Source: Candidatus Saccharimonadota bacterium (GTDB lineage: Bacteria; Pseudomonadota; Gammaproteobacteria; Enterobacterales; Enterobacteriaceae). From it: a DNA stretch of 32,000 bases. The stretch's first letter is position 1. Every line of letters begins with the position of its first letter. The notes below the pieces were generated by a model that had not been told where the DNA came from, made no database searches, and saw nothing but the letters and a program-made list of their open reading frames with translations. Position numbers and translations under genes: made by a program. The DNA is taken from contig CP188087.1 of the NCBI GenBank assembly GCA_049942775.1, forward strand, positions 240,001-272,000, in the 5' to 3' direction. Below are positions 1-11,123 of this stretch, in pieces.

Positions 1-124
1 ATTTTTCAAAAAAAATGTTCTTTCTACTATATATTTTTTTTTTTTTTAAAATTGTATCAATTATCCATGTAATTCCAAAAATAAAAATAATTGTTAACAG
101 AATAACTGATATATTTTTTTCCAT
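1..124 (-). CDS. lepB: Signal peptidase I, N-terminal fragment (continues beyond window start)
   Basis: Not in the ORF track because it is truncated. The minus-strand ATG (complement of 122-124) lies 12 nt after the lepA stop and is preceded by GAGGA (complement of 132-136, 7-nt spacer). My hand translation is MEKNISVILLTIIFIFGITWIIDTILKKKKIYSRKNIFFEK, open to position 1. It shows a hydrophobic N-terminal anchor followed by a basic stretch. The lepA-lepB adjacency matches enteric bacteria. The fragment is too short for a motif-level call. Confidence 0.6.
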   Translation of the reverse strand, partial: MEKNISVILLTIIFIFGITWIIDTILKKKKIYSRKNIFFEK

Positions 125-136
125 TTAAATATCCTC

Positions 137-1924
137 TTATTTTTTTAAAATTGATAGAAATAGTTCTTTTGAAAGTGATATATTTCCAATTTTTTTCATT
201 TTTTTCTTTCCATCTTTTTGTTTCTGTAGTAGTTTTTTTTTTCTGGAAATATCTCCACCATAACACTTTGAAAGTACGTTTTTTCTTAGTTGCTTTACTG
301 TTGATCTTGCAATAATGCAATTTCCAATTGTGGCTTGTATAACAATGTCGAATTGTTGTCTTTGAATAAAATTTTTAATTTTTTCTATGATAATTTTTGC
401 TTTATAGTTGACGTTACTTCGATGAACTATCGTTGACAACGAGTCAATTTTAGTTTTGTTTATTAAAATATCTAATTTAACTAAATCAGCAGTTTTAAAA
501 AATTTAAATTTATATTCTAATGATGCATATCCACTAGAAATAGATTTTATAGAATCAAAAAAATTTGTAATAACTTCTGACATAGGTACTAAATATTTAA
601 CAGAGACTTGTCGACAATGATATAAAATGTTTGTTTGACGGCCTCTATTTTTTTCACAAAATTGAATAATTTCTCCTAAATACTGAGGAGGTGTTAAAAT
701 ATTACACTCAGCTATTGGTTCTCTTACTTCTTTTATTTTATTAATTGGTGGAAAGTTATCAGGAATAGATACACATATACTTTTTCCATTTAATAATTCT
801 ATTTCATAAATAACACTAGGAATTGTTGAAATCAATTCAATGTTGTATTCTCTTTCTAGTCTGGCTTGTACAATTTCCATATGTAAAAGTCCTAAAAAAC
901 CACATCTAAAACCAAATCCTAAAGATGAAGAACGCTCATTTTCATAAAATAATGAAGAATCATTCAAACTAAGTTTTTCTAGTGCGTTTTTAAATAATTT
1001 ATATTTTTTAGAATCTAGTGGAAATAAACCTGCATATATTTTAGGACTAACTTTTTTAAAGCTTAATAGTGGAAATTTAGCTGATTTTTTTTCTGTAGTA
1101 ATTGTATCTCCTACAGGGAATGCTGTTATATTTTTGACTCCACAAGATATCCAACCTACTTCTCCTATTTCTATTTTTTCACATAAAACAATTTTAGGAG
1201 TAAAAATTCCTATTTTTTCTACTTGATATTTTTTTCCAGTACTCATTATTTTTATTCTATTTCCAATACTAATTGTTCCGTTTTTTATTCGTATTAACGA
1301 TATAACTCCTAGATAATTATCAAACCAAGAATCAATAATTAAAGATTGAAGAGGAACATTTTTGTTTCCTAAAGGTTCTGGTATATCAATAATAATTCTT
1401 TCTAAAATTTCTGATATTCCTATTCCTGTTTTAGCAGAACAACAAATTGGTTCAATATTTTTTATTTCTAAAATATTTTTAATTTCTTTTTTTGTTTGTT
1501 CTATATTAGAAGTAGGAAGATCTATTTTGTTTATTATTGGAATTATTTTTAAATTCATATTTATTGCAGTATTATAGTTAGAGACTGTTTGTGCTTCTAC
1601 TCCCTGAGTAGAATCTATTATTAATAGTGCTCCTTCGCAAGCTGATAGAGACTTAGAAACTTCATATGAAAAATTCACATGACCAGGAGTATCAATTAAG
1701 TTAAAAAAAAATAATTTTCCTTTTTTTTTTGAAAAATATTTTAATGTTACACTTCTTGCTTTGATTGTAATACCTCTTTCTTTTTCTAAATCCATAGAAT
1801 CTAGTACTCTACTAGACATTTCTCTTTTAGATAAAGCACCACATTGTTTTATAAAACAGTCTGCTAAAGTAGATTTACCATGATCAATATGTGCAATAAT
1901 AGAAAAATTTCTTATATTTTTCAT
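137..1924 (-). CDS. lepA: Elongation factor 4 (LepA), translational GTPase
   Basis: Full-length 595 aa. G-domain motifs [20 protein letters not shown] and NKIDL are present. The LepA-specific C-terminus [26 protein letters not shown] is present. Confidence 0.95.
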   Translation of the reverse strand: MKNIRNFSIIAHIDHGKSTLADCFIKQCGALSKREMSSRVLDSMDLEKERGITIKARSVTLKYFSKKKGKLFFFNLIDTPGHVNFSYEVSKSLSACEGALLIIDSTQGVEAQTVSNYNTAINMNLKIIPIINKIDLPTSNIEQTKKEIKNILEIKNIEPICCSAKTGIGISEILERIIIDIPEPLGNKNVPLQSLIIDSWFDNYLGVISLIRIKNGTISIGNRIKIMSTGKKYQVEKIGIFTPKIVLCEKIEIGEVGWISCGVKNITAFPVGDTITTEKKSAKFPLLSFKKVSPKIYAGLFPLDSKKYKLFKNALEKLSLNDSSLFYENERSSSLGFGFRCGFLGLLHMEIVQARLEREYNIELISTIPSVIYEIELLNGKSICVSIPDNFPPINKIKEVREPIAECNILTPPQYLGEIIQFCEKNRGRQTNILYHCRQVSVKYLVPMSEVITNFFDSIKSISSGYASLEYKFKFFKTADLVKLDILINKTKIDSLSTIVHRSNVNYKAKIIIEKIKNFIQRQQFDIVIQATIGNCIIARSTVKQLRKNVLSKCYGGDISRKKKLLQKQKDGKKKMKKIGNISLSKELFLSILKK

Positions 1925-2142
1925 TTTTTATCTTTTTTTAAATTTTTCTAAAAATTTTTTTATAGTTAAATATTAATTTATTAGGTTAGTAAAATACTAA
2001 AAACATTAAATGTTCTATTTTTAGAACTAATTTATCTAAAATTTAAACAGATCTATATTTTTATTAAATTATAATATTATTAGATATTAATCACAATAAA
2101 ATCTTATTATTAAAAACAGAAAACTTTTTTTAATTTAAGTTA

Positions 2143-3273
2143 ATGAAAATGAAAAATAAAAAAAAAAAAATTATTGTTAGTATGTCAGGAGGAGTGGATT
2201 CCTCTGTTTCAGCATTATTATTAAAAAAACAAAATTATTTTGTTGAAGGCTTGTTTATGAAAAATTGGGAAGAAGATGACAACAATAATTATTGTTCAGC
2301 TAAAAAGGATTTAGAAGACGTAAAAATTTTATGTAAAAAATTAAATATACGTCTTCATAAAGTTAATTTTTCTAATGAATATTGGGAAAACGTTTTTAAA
2401 ATTTTTTTAAAAAGATTAAAAATAGGAAGTACTCCAAATCCAGATATTTTGTGCAATAAAGAAATTAAATTTAAGTTATTTTTTGATTTTTCAATTTTAG
2501 TATTAGGAGCAGATTTCATAGCGACAGGACATTATGCACAAAAAAAAAGAATTAATAATAGGATATTTTTAACAAGATCACAAGATTTGGATAAAGATCA
2601 AACTTATTTTTTATATACTTTAAACGAAAAACAAATTAAGAAAATTATATTTCCTATAGGACATTTAAAAAAAAGTCAAGTTCGAAAAATAGCCAAAGAA
2701 AACAATTTACATGTTGCTAATAAGAAAGATTCTACAGGTATTTGTTTTATAGGTCCAAAAAAGTTTAAAAATTTTTTGTTTAAATATATTCCGAAAAAGA
2801 AAGGAAACATAGTTACTCTTGAAAAAGAAATTATTGGAGTACATGATGGTGTGGTATATTATACAATAGGTCAGAGAAAAGGTTTGAAAATAGGTGGAAT
2901 AAAAGGAAAAAAAGGTGAACCATGGTACGTTGTAAAAAAAGAAATTGATACAAATACATTAGTGGTATCTCAAGGAAAGAAAAATGATTACTTAATGTCA
3001 GTTGGAATGATAGTTAATGAGTTAAATTGGATTAATGGCACATTTTTTTTTAAAAAAAATAAATTATCTTGTAATGTTCAAATTAGACATCGTCAAAAAG
3101 TCATTTCTTGTAAATTAATAAAATTAAACAATACTATAATTAAAGTGCTTTTTGATAAACTAGCTTATTCAGTTGTAATTGGACAATCGGCTGTTTTTTA
3201 TTCGTTTCAAAAAGAATGTATTGGAGGTGGAATTATTAAAAAAATTATTCCTTTTAAAAAATGTTGCCACTAA
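2143..3273 (+). CDS. mnmA: tRNA 2-thiouridine(34) synthase MnmA
   Basis: 376 aa. It carries the PP-loop SMSGGVDSSV, plus NPDILCNKEIKF, DSTGICFIG and GQSAVFY, collinear with E. coli MnmA. The start could be M1 (2143) or M3 (2149). Confidence 0.93.
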   Translation: MKMKNKKKKIIVSMSGGVDSSVSALLLKKQNYFVEGLFMKNWEEDDNNNYCSAKKDLEDVKILCKKLNIRLHKVNFSNEYWENVFKIFLKRLKIGSTPNPDILCNKEIKFKLFFDFSILVLGADFIATGHYAQKKRINNRIFLTRSQDLDKDQTYFLYTLNEKQIKKIIFPIGHLKKSQVRKIAKENNLHVANKKDSTGICFIGPKKFKNFLFKYIPKKKGNIVTLEKEIIGVHDGVVYYTIGQRKGLKIGGIKGKKGEPWYVVKKEIDTNTLVVSQGKKNDYLMSVGMIVNELNWINGTFFFKKNKLSCNVQIRHRQKVISCKLIKLNNTIIKVLFDKLAYSVVIGQSAVFYSFQKECIGGGIIKKIIPFKKCCH

Positions 3274-3333
3274 AAAGTAGTAAATTATAATTGATTTATA
3301 GTATTAATTTAAATTCTTCAAGGAAAAAAGAGA

Positions 3334-4713
3334 GTGAATTACGATTATTTAACTTCTATATCTCCAATCGACGGTAGATATTTTGAAAAAACTAATTGTT
3401 TTAGAGAAATTTTTAGTGAATATTCATTTTTAAAATTTAGATTAAAAATTGAAATTGAATGGTTGAAAAAGTTATCTAAAATTAATGAAATATGCGAATT
3501 ACCAAAATTTAATAGTGATGAAAATAATTTTTTAAACAAGATAGAGAAAGAATTTAGTAAAATGGATGCTTTATGGATAAAATCTTCAGAAAAAAAAACT
3601 AATCATGATGTTAAATCATTAGAGTATTTTTTGAAAAAAAAAATAAATTCATTTAGAAATTTAAAATTAATATCTGAATTTGTTCATTTTTCATGTACTT
3701 CTGAAGATATTAATAATTTATCATATGGTTTAATGTTAAAAAAATCAAAAGAAAAATTGTTACTACCAATGTGGGAAAAAATTGTTTCAGAGATTAAAAA
3801 TTTAGTAAATTTATATAAGGATATTCCAATGTTATCTAGAACTCATGGACAAGCAGCTACTACGAGTACTTTTGGAAAGGAAATGTCAATTTTTTTACAT
3901 AGATTAAATCGTCAGAAAAAACAACTAAAAAATATAAAAATATTAGGAAAATTTAATGGTTCCACAGGAAATTATAACTCTCATGTCATTGCTTATCCTA
4001 ATGTGAATTGGAGGAAGGTTAGTAAAGAATTTGTATCTTCTTTAGGATTAGAATGGAATCCATATACTACTCAAATTGAACCACATGATTATATTTCAGA
4101 ATTATTTTCTTGTATTGTGAGATTTAATTTAATTCTTCTAGATTTTAATAAAGACATTTGGAGTTATATTTCTATGAATTATCTAGTACAACAAAAAATT
4201 GTTGATACAGTAGGTTCTTCGGTTATGCCTCATAAAATTAATCCAATAGATTTTGAAAATTCTGAAGGAAACTTAGGTCTGTCTAATTCAATAATGATTC
4301 ATATGATTAAAAAATTAATGATTTCTAGATTACAAAGAGATTTGAGTGATTCTACAGTATTAAGGAATATTGGAGTTGCTTTGTCATATTCTCATATAGC
4401 TTATAATTCTAGTTTGATTGGAATAAAACAAATAAAATTAAATACAAAAGAAATTTTTAAAGATCTTAATAAACATTGGGAAATATTATCTGAACCAATA
4501 CAAACAATAATGAGAAAATATAAAATATATAATTCTTATGAAAAAATGAAAATTTTTATACAAGGTAAAAAAATAAACAAAAAAATTTTACATATTTTTA
4601 TTAACAAATTAAAGATTCCAACATTTGAAAAAGAAAAACTAAAAAAATTAACTCCTGAAAATTATTTAGGTTTATCAAAAGAAATAGCTAATGATTGTTT
4701 AAAATTAAATTAA
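3334..4713 (+). CDS. purB: Adenylosuccinate lyase
   Basis: 459 aa with a GTG start downstream of AAGGA (3320-3324). Motifs SPIDGRY, CTSEDINNLS and the fumarate-lyase signature GSSVMPHKINPIDFENSEGN are present. It is collinear with E. coli PurB end to end. Confidence 0.95.
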   Translation: MNYDYLTSISPIDGRYFEKTNCFREIFSEYSFLKFRLKIEIEWLKKLSKINEICELPKFNSDENNFLNKIEKEFSKMDALWIKSSEKKTNHDVKSLEYFLKKKINSFRNLKLISEFVHFSCTSEDINNLSYGLMLKKSKEKLLLPMWEKIVSEIKNLVNLYKDIPMLSRTHGQAATTSTFGKEMSIFLHRLNRQKKQLKNIKILGKFNGSTGNYNSHVIAYPNVNWRKVSKEFVSSLGLEWNPYTTQIEPHDYISELFSCIVRFNLILLDFNKDIWSYISMNYLVQQKIVDTVGSSVMPHKINPIDFENSEGNLGLSNSIMIHMIKKLMISRLQRDLSDSTVLRNIGVALSYSHIAYNSSLIGIKQIKLNTKEIFKDLNKHWEILSEPIQTIMRKYKIYNSYEKMKIFIQGKKINKKILHIFINKLKIPTFEKEKLKKLTPENYLGLSKEIANDCLKLN

Positions 4714-4891
4714 GAACTTATGTTTTATTAAAAAATTAACTTTTTCAATTGATATATTTTAATTAAGAAACATCTAAGATAAAGTTACAAACTTTAACAT
4801 TTTAAAATTATTTAATTTTTTTTGCGATAAAATAGTATTTTTTTTATTTTTTAAAAGATCTAATTAGTTTATTAATTCAGGATAGTTAAAT

Positions 4892-5674
4892 ATGAAAATT
4901 TTATATGGTAAAAAATTTTTAATTACTGGTATAAATAATAAATTTTCGATTGCATTAGGAATTGCAAATGTTATGTATTTGAATGGTGCTGAATTAGGTT
5001 TTACTTATCAAAATACAAAATTAAAAAAAAAAATAAAACTTTTAACTAAACATTTAGATCCAAAATTTTATTTATGTTGTGATGTTTCGAATTCTAATAG
5101 TATTAAAAGTCTCTTTCTAAAAATTTCAAATTTCTGGAATTCATTTAATGGTATAATACATTGTATTGCTTATGTTAATAAATCCCAACTTTCTGGAGAT
5201 TATTTAGATGTTATTACTAAATTAGATTTTCAACAAGCTAATGATATTACTTCCTATAGCTTTGTTGAAATGGCTAAATTTAGTAAAAATATGCTTGAAA
5301 TTGGATCTGTTTTATTAACTATTTCTTATTTAGGTTCAATTAGAGTTGTTCCATTTTATAATACAATGGGAGTAGCTAAAGCTTCATTGGAAGCAAATGT
5401 TAGATATATTGCTGCTTCTTTAGGTAAAAAGAAAATTAGAGTTAATGCAATTTCATCAGGTCCAATTAAAACTATATCTTCTTATTCTATTAAAAATTTT
5501 AATAAAATATTAGAAACATATAAACAAAATTCTCCTATTCCTAAATTAGTTACTAGTAAGGACATAGGAAATGTAGCTTCTTTTTTATGTTCTAATTTTT
5601 CTAACGGAATAACAGGACAAGTAATTTATGTAGATAATGGATTCAATATTGTTTCTTGTTATGCAAATAGATAA
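4892..5674 (+). CDS. fabI: Enoyl-ACP reductase (NADH)
   Basis: 260 aa. It has the Rossmann N-terminus LITGI, the active-site region YNTMGVAKASLEANVRY (Tyr/Lys) and NAISSGPIKT, collinear with E. coli FabI. Confidence 0.95.
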   Translation: MKILYGKKFLITGINNKFSIALGIANVMYLNGAELGFTYQNTKLKKKIKLLTKHLDPKFYLCCDVSNSNSIKSLFLKISNFWNSFNGIIHCIAYVNKSQLSGDYLDVITKLDFQQANDITSYSFVEMAKFSKNMLEIGSVLLTISYLGSIRVVPFYNTMGVAKASLEANVRYIAASLGKKKIRVNAISSGPIKTISSYSIKNFNKILETYKQNSPIPKLVTSKDIGNVASFLCSNFSNGITGQVIYVDNGFNIVSCYANR

Positions 5675-5815
5675 TTTTTAAATTATATAAAAATTTTATT
5701 TTTAATTTAAATAATCGTTTTAATTTAGGATATACTAAATTAATTTAAAAATAATATAGATGTAATTAAATTTACAGTAGTTAAGTTTTTTATTTCATAA
5801 ATAGGTCTTACTCTT

Positions 5816-7774
5816 ATGTTTCGTAATAATCCGATACTTATTCAATTAAAAAAAAAAATTCGTTCAAAAATTCCTAGAGTAGAGGGAATTGTTAAGAAGT
5901 CAGATAAAGGTTTTGGTTTTTTAGAAGTTGATTTTCAAACAAGTTACTTTATTCCTCCTAAACAAATGAAAAAAGTCATGCATGGAGATAAAATAATAGG
6001 AAAAATTTTAGTTCATAGAGAAAAAGAAATTATAGAACCTGAAAAATTAGTTGAACCTTTTTTGACTCGTTTTGTTGGAAAAATAAAAAAAGAAGAGAAT
6101 AAGCTTTTCATAGTTCCTGATTATCCTTCTTTTTCAAAAGATTATATTCAATGTACAATAAAAAGTGATTTAATACATACATTTCAAGATGGAGATTGGG
6201 CAGTAGCTAAACTTATTCATCATAAACTATTAAATAATAAAAATACTTTTTCTGCAGAGTTAATTAGTTTCATAACCAATGATAAAAATTGTTTAAAACC
6301 ATGGCTAGTTACTTTAGATTCTTATAATTTAGAAAATAAAGCTCCAAAAATAGTTAATGAAAATGAAATTAAATTTAATTCTTTAATTAAAAGAAAAGAT
6401 TTAACTAGCTTAAGTTTCATCACTATAGACGATTCAGAAACAAGAGATATTGATGATGCTATTTTTATAGAAAAAACTAAAAATAATAGTTTTTCTGTTA
6501 TTGTAGCAATAGCTGATCCTACTTCATATATAAAAAAAGATAGTAGATTGGATAAAATAGCTAAAGATAGAATTTTTACAAATTATTTACCTGGTTTTAC
6601 TATTTCAATGCTTCCTAAAATAATATCAGAAGATCTTTGTTCTTTATTACCAGAAAAGAAAAGACCGGTTCTTGCTTGTAAATTTATAATTCTAGAAGAT
6701 GGGTCTTTATTAGAAAGTAGTATTTGTTTTTTTCTAGCCTGGATAATATCTAAACAAAAGTTATCTTATAAAAAAGTATCTAATTGGTTAGAAAAAAAAG
6801 GTTCTTGGAAACCAGAAAGTTCAATTATAGAAAATCAAATTGTTTTATTATCTGAATTATGTACTAACAGAATTATTTGGAGAAAAAAAAACGCATTAAT
6901 TTTTCGTGAAAAATCAGAATATAAGTTTAATTTTTCTAAAAAACATGAAATTTTAAATATTTATATTGAAACAAGAAGAATTGCACATCGTATGATAGAA
7001 GAAGTTATGATTGTAGCTAACATATGTGCAGCTAAATTTTTATCTAAAAATTTAGGATTTGGTATTTTTAATGTACATAAAGGTTTTTCAGATGTTTCAA
7101 TTGCTAAACATGTTGTTTCTATTTTATCTAAATTTAAAATAAATTTTTCTGTTGAAAATATTATAACGCTAGATGGATTTTGTAATTTATATCGATCAAT
7201 ACATAAGTTATCTAACAATTATTTAGAAAATAGAATTCGTCGTTATCAATCTTTTGGAGAATTTAGCACACGTCCTGGTTTTCATTTTTCTTTGGGATTT
7301 CAAGAATATGCAACTTGGACATCTCCTATCAGAAAATATAGTGATATGATTAATCATCGATTAATTAAATCGGTACTAACAGGTAAAAAAATAACCAACT
7401 TTAATAATGATATAATTTCTAAGATTCACGATCGTAAGAAAAAACATAGAATGTCTGAAAGAAATGTCAAAGATTGGTTATATTCAATTTATTTTTATAA
7501 AATAAATGATAAAAAAAAAGTTTTTATTGCAGAAATAACTGATGTATCTAGAGGTGGGATACGAGCTAGACTCATTACCAGTGGTGCTAATGTTTTTATT
7601 CCATCTTCTTTTTTACATCCTATTAGAAATGAATTATTCATGGATTATGAAAATGGAACAATTTATGTAAAAAATATAGTGTTATGTAAAATTACCGATC
7701 AAATAAAAGTTCGATTAATAGAAGTTAGAATGGAAAACAGAAATATTATTGCAAAACCTATTTTTATTGATTAA
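5816..7774 (+). CDS. rnb: Exoribonuclease II (RNase II)
   Basis: 652 aa. The N-terminal cold-shock region EKGFGFLEV-like (DKGFGFLEV) is present. The RNB domain is supported by ITIDDSETRDIDDAIF, FTNYLPGF and ATWTSPIRKYSDMINHR, followed by a C-terminal S1-like region. It is collinear with E. coli Rnb. Confidence 0.92.
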   Translation: MFRNNPILIQLKKKIRSKIPRVEGIVKKSDKGFGFLEVDFQTSYFIPPKQMKKVMHGDKIIGKILVHREKEIIEPEKLVEPFLTRFVGKIKKEENKLFIVPDYPSFSKDYIQCTIKSDLIHTFQDGDWAVAKLIHHKLLNNKNTFSAELISFITNDKNCLKPWLVTLDSYNLENKAPKIVNENEIKFNSLIKRKDLTSLSFITIDDSETRDIDDAIFIEKTKNNSFSVIVAIADPTSYIKKDSRLDKIAKDRIFTNYLPGFTISMLPKIISEDLCSLLPEKKRPVLACKFIILEDGSLLESSICFFLAWIISKQKLSYKKVSNWLEKKGSWKPESSIIENQIVLLSELCTNRIIWRKKNALIFREKSEYKFNFSKKHEILNIYIETRRIAHRMIEEVMIVANICAAKFLSKNLGFGIFNVHKGFSDVSIAKHVVSILSKFKINFSVENIITLDGFCNLYRSIHKLSNNYLENRIRRYQSFGEFSTRPGFHFSLGFQEYATWTSPIRKYSDMINHRLIKSVLTGKKITNFNNDIISKIHDRKKKHRMSERNVKDWLYSIYFYKINDKKKVFIAEITDVSRGGIRARLITSGANVFIPSSFLHPIRNELFMDYENGTIYVKNIVLCKITDQIKVRLIEVRMENRNIIAKPIFID

Positions 7775-7990
7775 TTTATATAAATATTTTTTTAAAAACA
7801 GTTTAAAAAATATTTAATAAAGTTAAATTGTTATTTAGCTTTTCCAAAATAATTAATAGATATTTATTTCTATAATTTTTCTATTTAGGATATAAATGAT
7901 TTCAATGTATATTCATGAAAAAAATGTTTTATTATTTATTTATGCAAATAATTATATTTATAATTTTTAATTAAAAATTAGGAGAATAAA

Positions 7991-8635
7991 ATGAATTATT
8001 CAGGATTTGAATATTCAGCTTATGTTAAATTTTTTATTAATTTATTTGCATTAGTTAATCCAATAGGATTAATACCGATATTTATGAGTATGACAAATCA
8101 TTTATCAGAATATGAAAGAAACAAAACTAATTTTTACTCAAATGTTTCAGCTTCTATAATACTATGTATTTCTTTATTATGTGGTGATTTTATTCTAACG
8201 GTGTTTGGAATTTCTATAAATTCTTTTCGAATTGCAGGAGGAATTTTAATAATTATGATTTCTTTATCAATGGTTAATGGTGATCTTATTAAGAATATTA
8301 AACGAGAGAAATCGAAGAACAATTCCTCTAAAAAATCTAGTTCTATATCTATAGTACCATTATCAATGCCTTTAATTGCAGGACCTGGTGCTATTAGTTC
8401 AACTATTGTTTGGAGCAATCATAATCCAGGATTAATAAATTTTTTTTTATGTTCTATAATTATTTTTTCATTTTTTTGCTTTTGTTGGTTTTTGTTCAAA
8501 ACTGGTCCAATAGTTGTATTTTATCTTGGTTCATCTGGAATCAACATTCTTACTAGAATTATGGGATTATTATTAATGTCTTTAGGAATTGAATTTGTTA
8601 CAATTGGAATTAAATCTATTTTTTCTTTAATTTAA
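7991..8635 (+). CDS. ychE: MarC-family inner membrane protein (YchE-like)
   Basis: 214 aa. AGGAG at 7980-7984 lies 6 nt before the ATG. Motifs FALVNPIGLIPIF, FRIAGGIL, PLIAGPGAISSTIV and ITRIMGLLLMSLGIEF closely follow E. coli YchE. Confidence 0.82.
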   Translation: MNYSGFEYSAYVKFFINLFALVNPIGLIPIFMSMTNHLSEYERNKTNFYSNVSASIILCISLLCGDFILTVFGISINSFRIAGGILIIMISLSMVNGDLIKNIKREKSKNNSSKKSSSISIVPLSMPLIAGPGAISSTIVWSNHNPGLINFFLCSIIIFSFFCFCWFLFKTGPIVVFYLGSSGINILTRIMGLLLMSLGIEFVTIGIKSIFSLI

Positions 8636-8665
8636 TGAAATCTTATTTTTTATATGTAAAATAAT

Positions 8666-9298
8666 ATGAATGAAAAAAAAATAATCATTAAAAGACTTGG
8701 AATAAAACATTGGTTTGATACTTTTAATGATATGCATAATTTTGTTTCAACATCTAATAAATTTACTTCAGATGAAATTTGGTTTTTAGAACATTATTCA
8801 ATTTTTACTATAGGAAGATCTAAAAATAAAATTATTGATAAAAAAATTAATTATATCAATGGCATATCAGTAGCTAACAGCGATAGGGGTGGTGGAATAA
8901 CTTATCATGGTCCTGGTCAGCAAATAATATATTTGTTATTAAATTTAAAACGTCGTAAAATATATCCTAGTAGGATAATTTTATTTATATCAGAAATAGT
9001 AATAAATACATTAAAAGAATTTTCTATAAATGGAATTTTTAACAAAAAAAATCCAGGAGTTTATGTAGATGGAAAAAAAATATGTTCAATTGGTTTAAGA
9101 ATAAAAAATGGATTTTCTTTACATGGGTTTTCTTTAAATATTGACATGGATCTCTCTCCATTTAATTATATTATTCCATGTGGAATAAACGGCATTGAAA
9201 TGACCCAGATGAAAAATTTAAATTCAAACATTGTTTTTAATGAGGTACAATCGGTGTTATTTAAAAAATTTTGTTATTTTAACAATTTTTTATTATGA
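8666..9298 (+). CDS. lipB: Octanoyltransferase (lipoyl(octanoyl) transferase)
   Basis: 210 aa. Motifs DRGGGITYHGPGQ, KICSIGLRI (catalytic Lys region) and IPCGI (catalytic Cys) are present. It ends in TGA, so TGA is a stop here. Confidence 0.9.
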   Translation: MNEKKIIIKRLGIKHWFDTFNDMHNFVSTSNKFTSDEIWFLEHYSIFTIGRSKNKIIDKKINYINGISVANSDRGGGITYHGPGQQIIYLLLNLKRRKIYPSRIILFISEIVINTLKEFSINGIFNKKNPGVYVDGKKICSIGLRIKNGFSLHGFSLNIDMDLSPFNYIIPCGINGIEMTQMKNLNSNIVFNEVQSVLFKKFCYFNNFLL

Positions 9299-9359
9299 AT
9301 TTTTTTTTAATTAAAAGCTAAAAAGATTAGGTGTTTATTTTTTTTAAAATCTATTAATT

Positions 9360-10253
9360 ATGAATATGAAAAATATTAATTTTATTACTAAAGAAAAAAT
9401 TTTGAAAAAACCTCGTTGGATAAAAATTAGATTATTAAATGATAATCATAATGTTCAATATGTAAAATCGATGATCAAGAAAAATTCTTTACATTCTGTT
9501 TGTGAAGAGGCTCAATGTCCAAATTTAACTGAATGTTTTAGTAGAAAGACAGTAACTTTTATGATTTTAGGGTCAATTTGTACAAGAAAATGTCCTTTTT
9601 GTGCAGTAAAGAAAGGAAGACCTAATAAAATTGATTTAAATGAACCAAAAAATTTATCTTCTGCTATTTTAAGAATTGGATTAAAATATGTAGTTTTAAC
9701 TTCAGTAGCAAGAGATGATTTACGAGATGGGGGCGCTGAACATTTTGCAAAATGTATATTTTTTATTCGAAAAAACAAAAATATAAAAATTGAAATCTTA
9801 GTTCCAGATTTTAAAAAATGTAGAAAAAATGCCTTATTAATTTTAGGAAATTCATTGCCAGATATTTTTAATCATAATATAGAAAATGTTCCTAGATTAT
9901 ATAAAAAAATACGTCCGGGTGCTAGCTACGAGTCTTCTTTAACATTATTATCAGAATTTAAAAAGTTATATCCTTCTATACCTACTAAATCTGGTTTAAT
10001 GTTAGGTTTAGGAGAAAAAAGGATTGAAATTTTAGAAGTAATGAGGAATCTATACGATTCTGGAGTAACAATGATTACATTAGGACAATATTTACAACCT
10101 AGCAAGTTTCATTTACCTGTAAAGAAGTATTTGACATTACCAGAATTTAAAGACATTGAAAAAGAAGCAAAATCAATTGGATTTTCTAGTATATTTTGTG
10201 GTCCATTTATTAGATCATCTTATCATGCAGAAGAACAAAGTTTTAAAAGTTAA
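9360..10253 (+). CDS. lipA: Lipoyl synthase (radical SAM)
   Basis: 297 aa. The auxiliary cluster CEEAQCPNLTEC and the radical-SAM cluster CTRKCPFC are present, along with RDDLRDGGA and RSSYHA at the C-terminus. The start could be 9360 or 9366. Confidence 0.95.
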   Translation: MNMKNINFITKEKILKKPRWIKIRLLNDNHNVQYVKSMIKKNSLHSVCEEAQCPNLTECFSRKTVTFMILGSICTRKCPFCAVKKGRPNKIDLNEPKNLSSAILRIGLKYVVLTSVARDDLRDGGAEHFAKCIFFIRKNKNIKIEILVPDFKKCRKNALLILGNSLPDIFNHNIENVPRLYKKIRPGASYESSLTLLSEFKKLYPSIPTKSGLMLGLGEKRIEILEVMRNLYDSGVTMITLGQYLQPSKFHLPVKKYLTLPEFKDIEKEAKSIGFSSIFCGPFIRSSYHAEEQSFKS

Positions 10254-10353
10254 TTTTTTTGTTAATATTTTAAATTTATAAATTACTTAAAAAAATGACT
10301 TTCATTTAAAGTTTTAGTAATTAAAAAATTTAATTTAAATAAATAATAATTTT

Positions 10354-11046
10354 ATGACGAAAATTATATTAGCGTTAGATTTTTCAAACAAAAAAAATGC
10401 TATGAAATTAGTAGAAAATATAGATCCATCTATTTTTTCTTTAAAAGTAGGACCAGTTATGTTTATACGTTATGGTTCAAAATTTATCAAAGAGTTACAT
10501 GATTTGAACTTTAATGTTTTTTTAGATTTAAAATTATTTGATATACCTAATACTATTTTTTCAGCTGTACAATCAGTTGCTGATTTAGGAATATGGATGT
10601 TAAGTATTCATATTTTAGGTGGGATTAATATGTTAAAAGCTGCTAAATCTGCTATAAAAAGCTATAAAAATAAACCTCCTTTATTAATAGGAGTAACAAT
10701 TTTAACTAGTTATGGTAATAATGATTTACAAACAATTGGAATTAATCGTTCTATTAAGGAACAAATTTATTTATTAAGTGATTTAGGAAAAATGTGTTTT
10801 TTAGATGGTATAGTTTGTTCCGGACAAGAATGTCAACAAATAAAAAATAAATTTGGAAAAAATTTTAAAGTAATTTCTCCAGGTTTTAGACTGAATGAAG
10901 ATCAATTACATGATCAATGTCAAATTACAACATTAAAAACTGTCAAAGAAGGAAAAATTGATTTTTTAGTTTTAGGAAGAGCAATAACTTTATCGAAAGA
11001 TCCAGTTACTAAACTAAATAGTTTTCTTAAAATTATATCAAAATAA
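10354..11046 (+). CDS. pyrF: Orotidine-5'-phosphate decarboxylase
   Basis: 230 aa. Motifs ILALDF, FLDLKLFDIPNT (catalytic Asp-Lys-x-x-Asp region) and LVLGRAIT are collinear with E. coli PyrF. Confidence 0.9.
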   Translation: MTKIILALDFSNKKNAMKLVENIDPSIFSLKVGPVMFIRYGSKFIKELHDLNFNVFLDLKLFDIPNTIFSAVQSVADLGIWMLSIHILGGINMLKAAKSAIKSYKNKPPLLIGVTILTSYGNNDLQTIGINRSIKEQIYLLSDLGKMCFLDGIVCSGQECQQIKNKFGKNFKVISPGFRLNEDQLHDQCQITTLKTVKEGKIDFLVLGRAITLSKDPVTKLNSFLKIISK

Positions 11047-11123
11047 TAAAATGTATTCTTTGTTTACTTCTTTTGTTTGTTTGTTTATTAAGATTTTTGA
11101 TTTTTTTTTGAAATGGAGAAAAT

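Noticed and set aside
57-320. 87-aa ORF on the minus strand overlapping the lepA 3' end and the lepB start
   Set aside because: It lies out of frame inside the well-supported lepA C-terminus and across the lepA-lepB junction. It is a low-complexity Lys/Thr/Trp-rich translation of homopolymer runs with no recognisable motif.
9296-9298. Possible alternative genetic code (UGA as Trp), as in some tiny symbiont genomes
   Set aside because: lipB ends at TGA at the position expected from E. coli LipB length. Trp positions in conserved motifs are TGG, and all genes are full length under the standard code.
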